Shown here one piece after another: positions 61,981-64,000 of a DNA stretch of 64,000 nt (within the stretch, counting starts at the first letter, position 1; every line of letters begins with the position of its first letter). Source of the stretch: Callorhinchus milii (taxonomy: Eukaryota); NCBI RefSeq assembly GCF_018977255.1, contig NW_024704743.1:39558001-39622000 (forward strand), given 5' to 3'. The translations under genes and the position numbers were made by a program. A model generated the notes under the pieces. The model was given only the letters and a program-made list of their open reading frames with translations, was not told the DNA's origin and made no database searches.

Positions 61981-63574
61981 GTTCTTTTGAGGTAAACTGC
62001 AATGGTTTGTTGAAAAGGCAGGTAAATAAGACTGAAAGGCTTGTTCTTTAAAAGAGCTAGGACTGACATGATGGCCTTCTTCTGTGCAGTTAATTTCTAT
62101 GGTCCAATGTTAAATGAAAAAGGCAACACTATAAAAAATGGCACCCAAAAATGCATTTTTTGCTCATAGGAGACATGTTCGGCTTATACAAATTGTATGT
62201 ACCACAAGGAAAATCCTGTGGAAGTAGGTGTGCACTATACAAGAAGAATAACAGAGTAATATAAAATAAACATTGAGTTTTAATACATCCAATTTAAGTT
62301 CTATTGAAAACAAACGCATCAACATTCATATACATAAAAAGTAAAAAAAAAATTATAGGAAATGAACCACTATAATGAACTCCCGGGAACACTCTCCTAA
62401 AATCCTTTTTACCTTACGCCTTTGCCCCATGACTTCAAAATGTCTAAAAAGCATAACTCTTTGAACATGTCTTTGGTCAACATTATCAGACTTCACCTTA
62501 AGAACATAAGAATTTGCTAGATGAAAGACCAAGGTCCATCCACCATCCTGGCAGTCACTCGATATGTTGGGTCCCAAACTATATGTTGTATCCCAAGACA
62601 TTATTTTCTAACAAACATAAAACCTTTTTCCCAACCTGTTTAGTGATCCATATTTTTAAGGACTTTTAGATATAAATCTATGTAAAATGTAACGTAAAGG
62701 TAAATAGTTGCTATTTTCAATTTCTGTGTGATTTAGAATTTTTTTAAATGTAATTCTTTAACACAAGATCAAAGACATGTAAATCAAGATTTGTTCATTA
62801 TCTGTAAGATGAAGTCTTGTCAACCTACAGGAACTCTACACTGACAAAATCTATTTCAGGATTGACAAATTTCCAAAGTAGAAATGCCACTAAGTAGATT
62901 CCTACATTAATAACAAGGACAAGATTTTGCATTTCGCCCACAAAATACAGTCAATTCACTTTACCATATATTTTGTGAAGAGCTTTGAGATATCTCAACA
63001 ACATGATAATACAAGGATTATTGTTATTAAGATTGATCATTTGATTTTGTTATTTTAAAATATTTCAAGTCTATTACTCCTAATAGCCAAATAAATTATT
63101 TTTATCGATGCACAGCATGCAAATCTTTAAATGCAGAGTACCATCTGTCAATTAAATTAAAATCTCATGTACCAGATGAGTTTTCATCATTTAATCCTCT
63201 GGAATCATTCAGGAGAAATTCCACCGGAGTTTTGATTTATTCTATATTCTTACTATTTTAAAGCATGTAGAGTTTAACAAATTCTTCTATGTCATCTTAA
63301 TTTTGAAGCAGTGGAGTTTTTAATTAATTGGATTTTATGTATGGTGGAGCTGGGGAAACCAGCAAGGAGGGCATTGGAATAGTCCAGCCGGGAAGTGACG
63401 AAGGTGTGGACGAAGGTTTCGGCTGCATTGGTTTAATTAAAATAACAAATAATTTGTGGTTGATATACCAAATGTTGATAGCATGCTAACTTTGGAAACA
63501 CTTACAACATAAATTTGGTATCTTATTTTAGTCTATCAACTTTTGTTCTATGTATTGATGTGTTAATATCTAAT

Positions 63575-63880
63575 TAATAATCCTTGCATTTCATATAGCG
63601 CTTTTCACGTCAGGAGGACGTCCCAAAGCGCTTCACAGAACACACTGTAAAGTGAATTGACTGTATATTTGTGGGCGAACGCGGCAGCCAATTGAGCACA
63701 GCAATGTCCCACAAGCAGTCGTAGATTGAAAATGACCAATTTATTATTGTTTTCGGTTTTGGAGGGATTATTATTAGGCGTGTGGAGTAAGGAAACTTGC
63801 CCAAGGTTTCGCCCTGCCTGGGACTGAACTCAGGTCTCTCGCTTGCAAAGCGAGTGCTCTAACCACTGAGCTACAGGACT
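63575..63880 (-). mobile_element. Young tRNA-Ala SINE, short variant
   Basis: Reverse complement near-identical to 1677-1985. Confidence 0.92.
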
Positions 63881-64000
63881 TGTACGAACAATTGTAAGGA
63901 GTCATTGTTAAGACATCAGAAATGCACTTGTCAAGGATAAAAAGCAGACTGGCAGATTTGAAGATTTATCCTAATGTGAGCTCAATGGTGAATGCTTAGG

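Noticed and set aside
1..64000. CRISPR arrays, operons, rRNA or other prokaryotic systems
   Set aside because: None seen; the window is vertebrate nuclear DNA and its recurring motifs are SINE/LINE copies, not regularly spaced repeats

Overview
AT-rich, repeat-dense, gene-poor vertebrate genomic DNA. The repeat families point to a cartilaginous fish, possibly a holocephalan (inference from recalled repeat families, not a database result). Well supported: (i) many L2-clade LINE fragments with (TTG)n tails and one near-full-length, frameshifted L2 (~47095-50500); (ii) CR1 LINE fragments, the largest (~17140-19756) split by an internally deleted endogenous retrovirus with a perfect tRNA-Gln primer-binding site (17566-18329); (iii) a young tRNA-Ala-derived SINE with an L2-type 3' end, plus older Deu-type, LF-like and AmnSINE2-like SINE relics; (iv) Penelope-like element (PLE) pseudo-LTR pieces carrying minimal hammerhead ribozyme motifs, including an inverted pair with a 13-bp TSD (39826-40084). 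No intact host gene is recognisable. Best novel candidate: five minus-strand exon-like segments (30795 to ~20065) that splice into a disrupted protein laid out like an IL-6-family (CNTF/CLCF1/IL-27p28-like) four-helix cytokine. Other inferred items: a fossil PLE reverse transcriptase (~54500-55050), a possible fossil integrase plus HECT transposon (~780-5150), two long hairpins, an unclassified three-copy ancient repeat and local duplications. All protein-family assignments were made by eye and need HMM/BLAST confirmation. Boundaries of degraded repeats are approximate.
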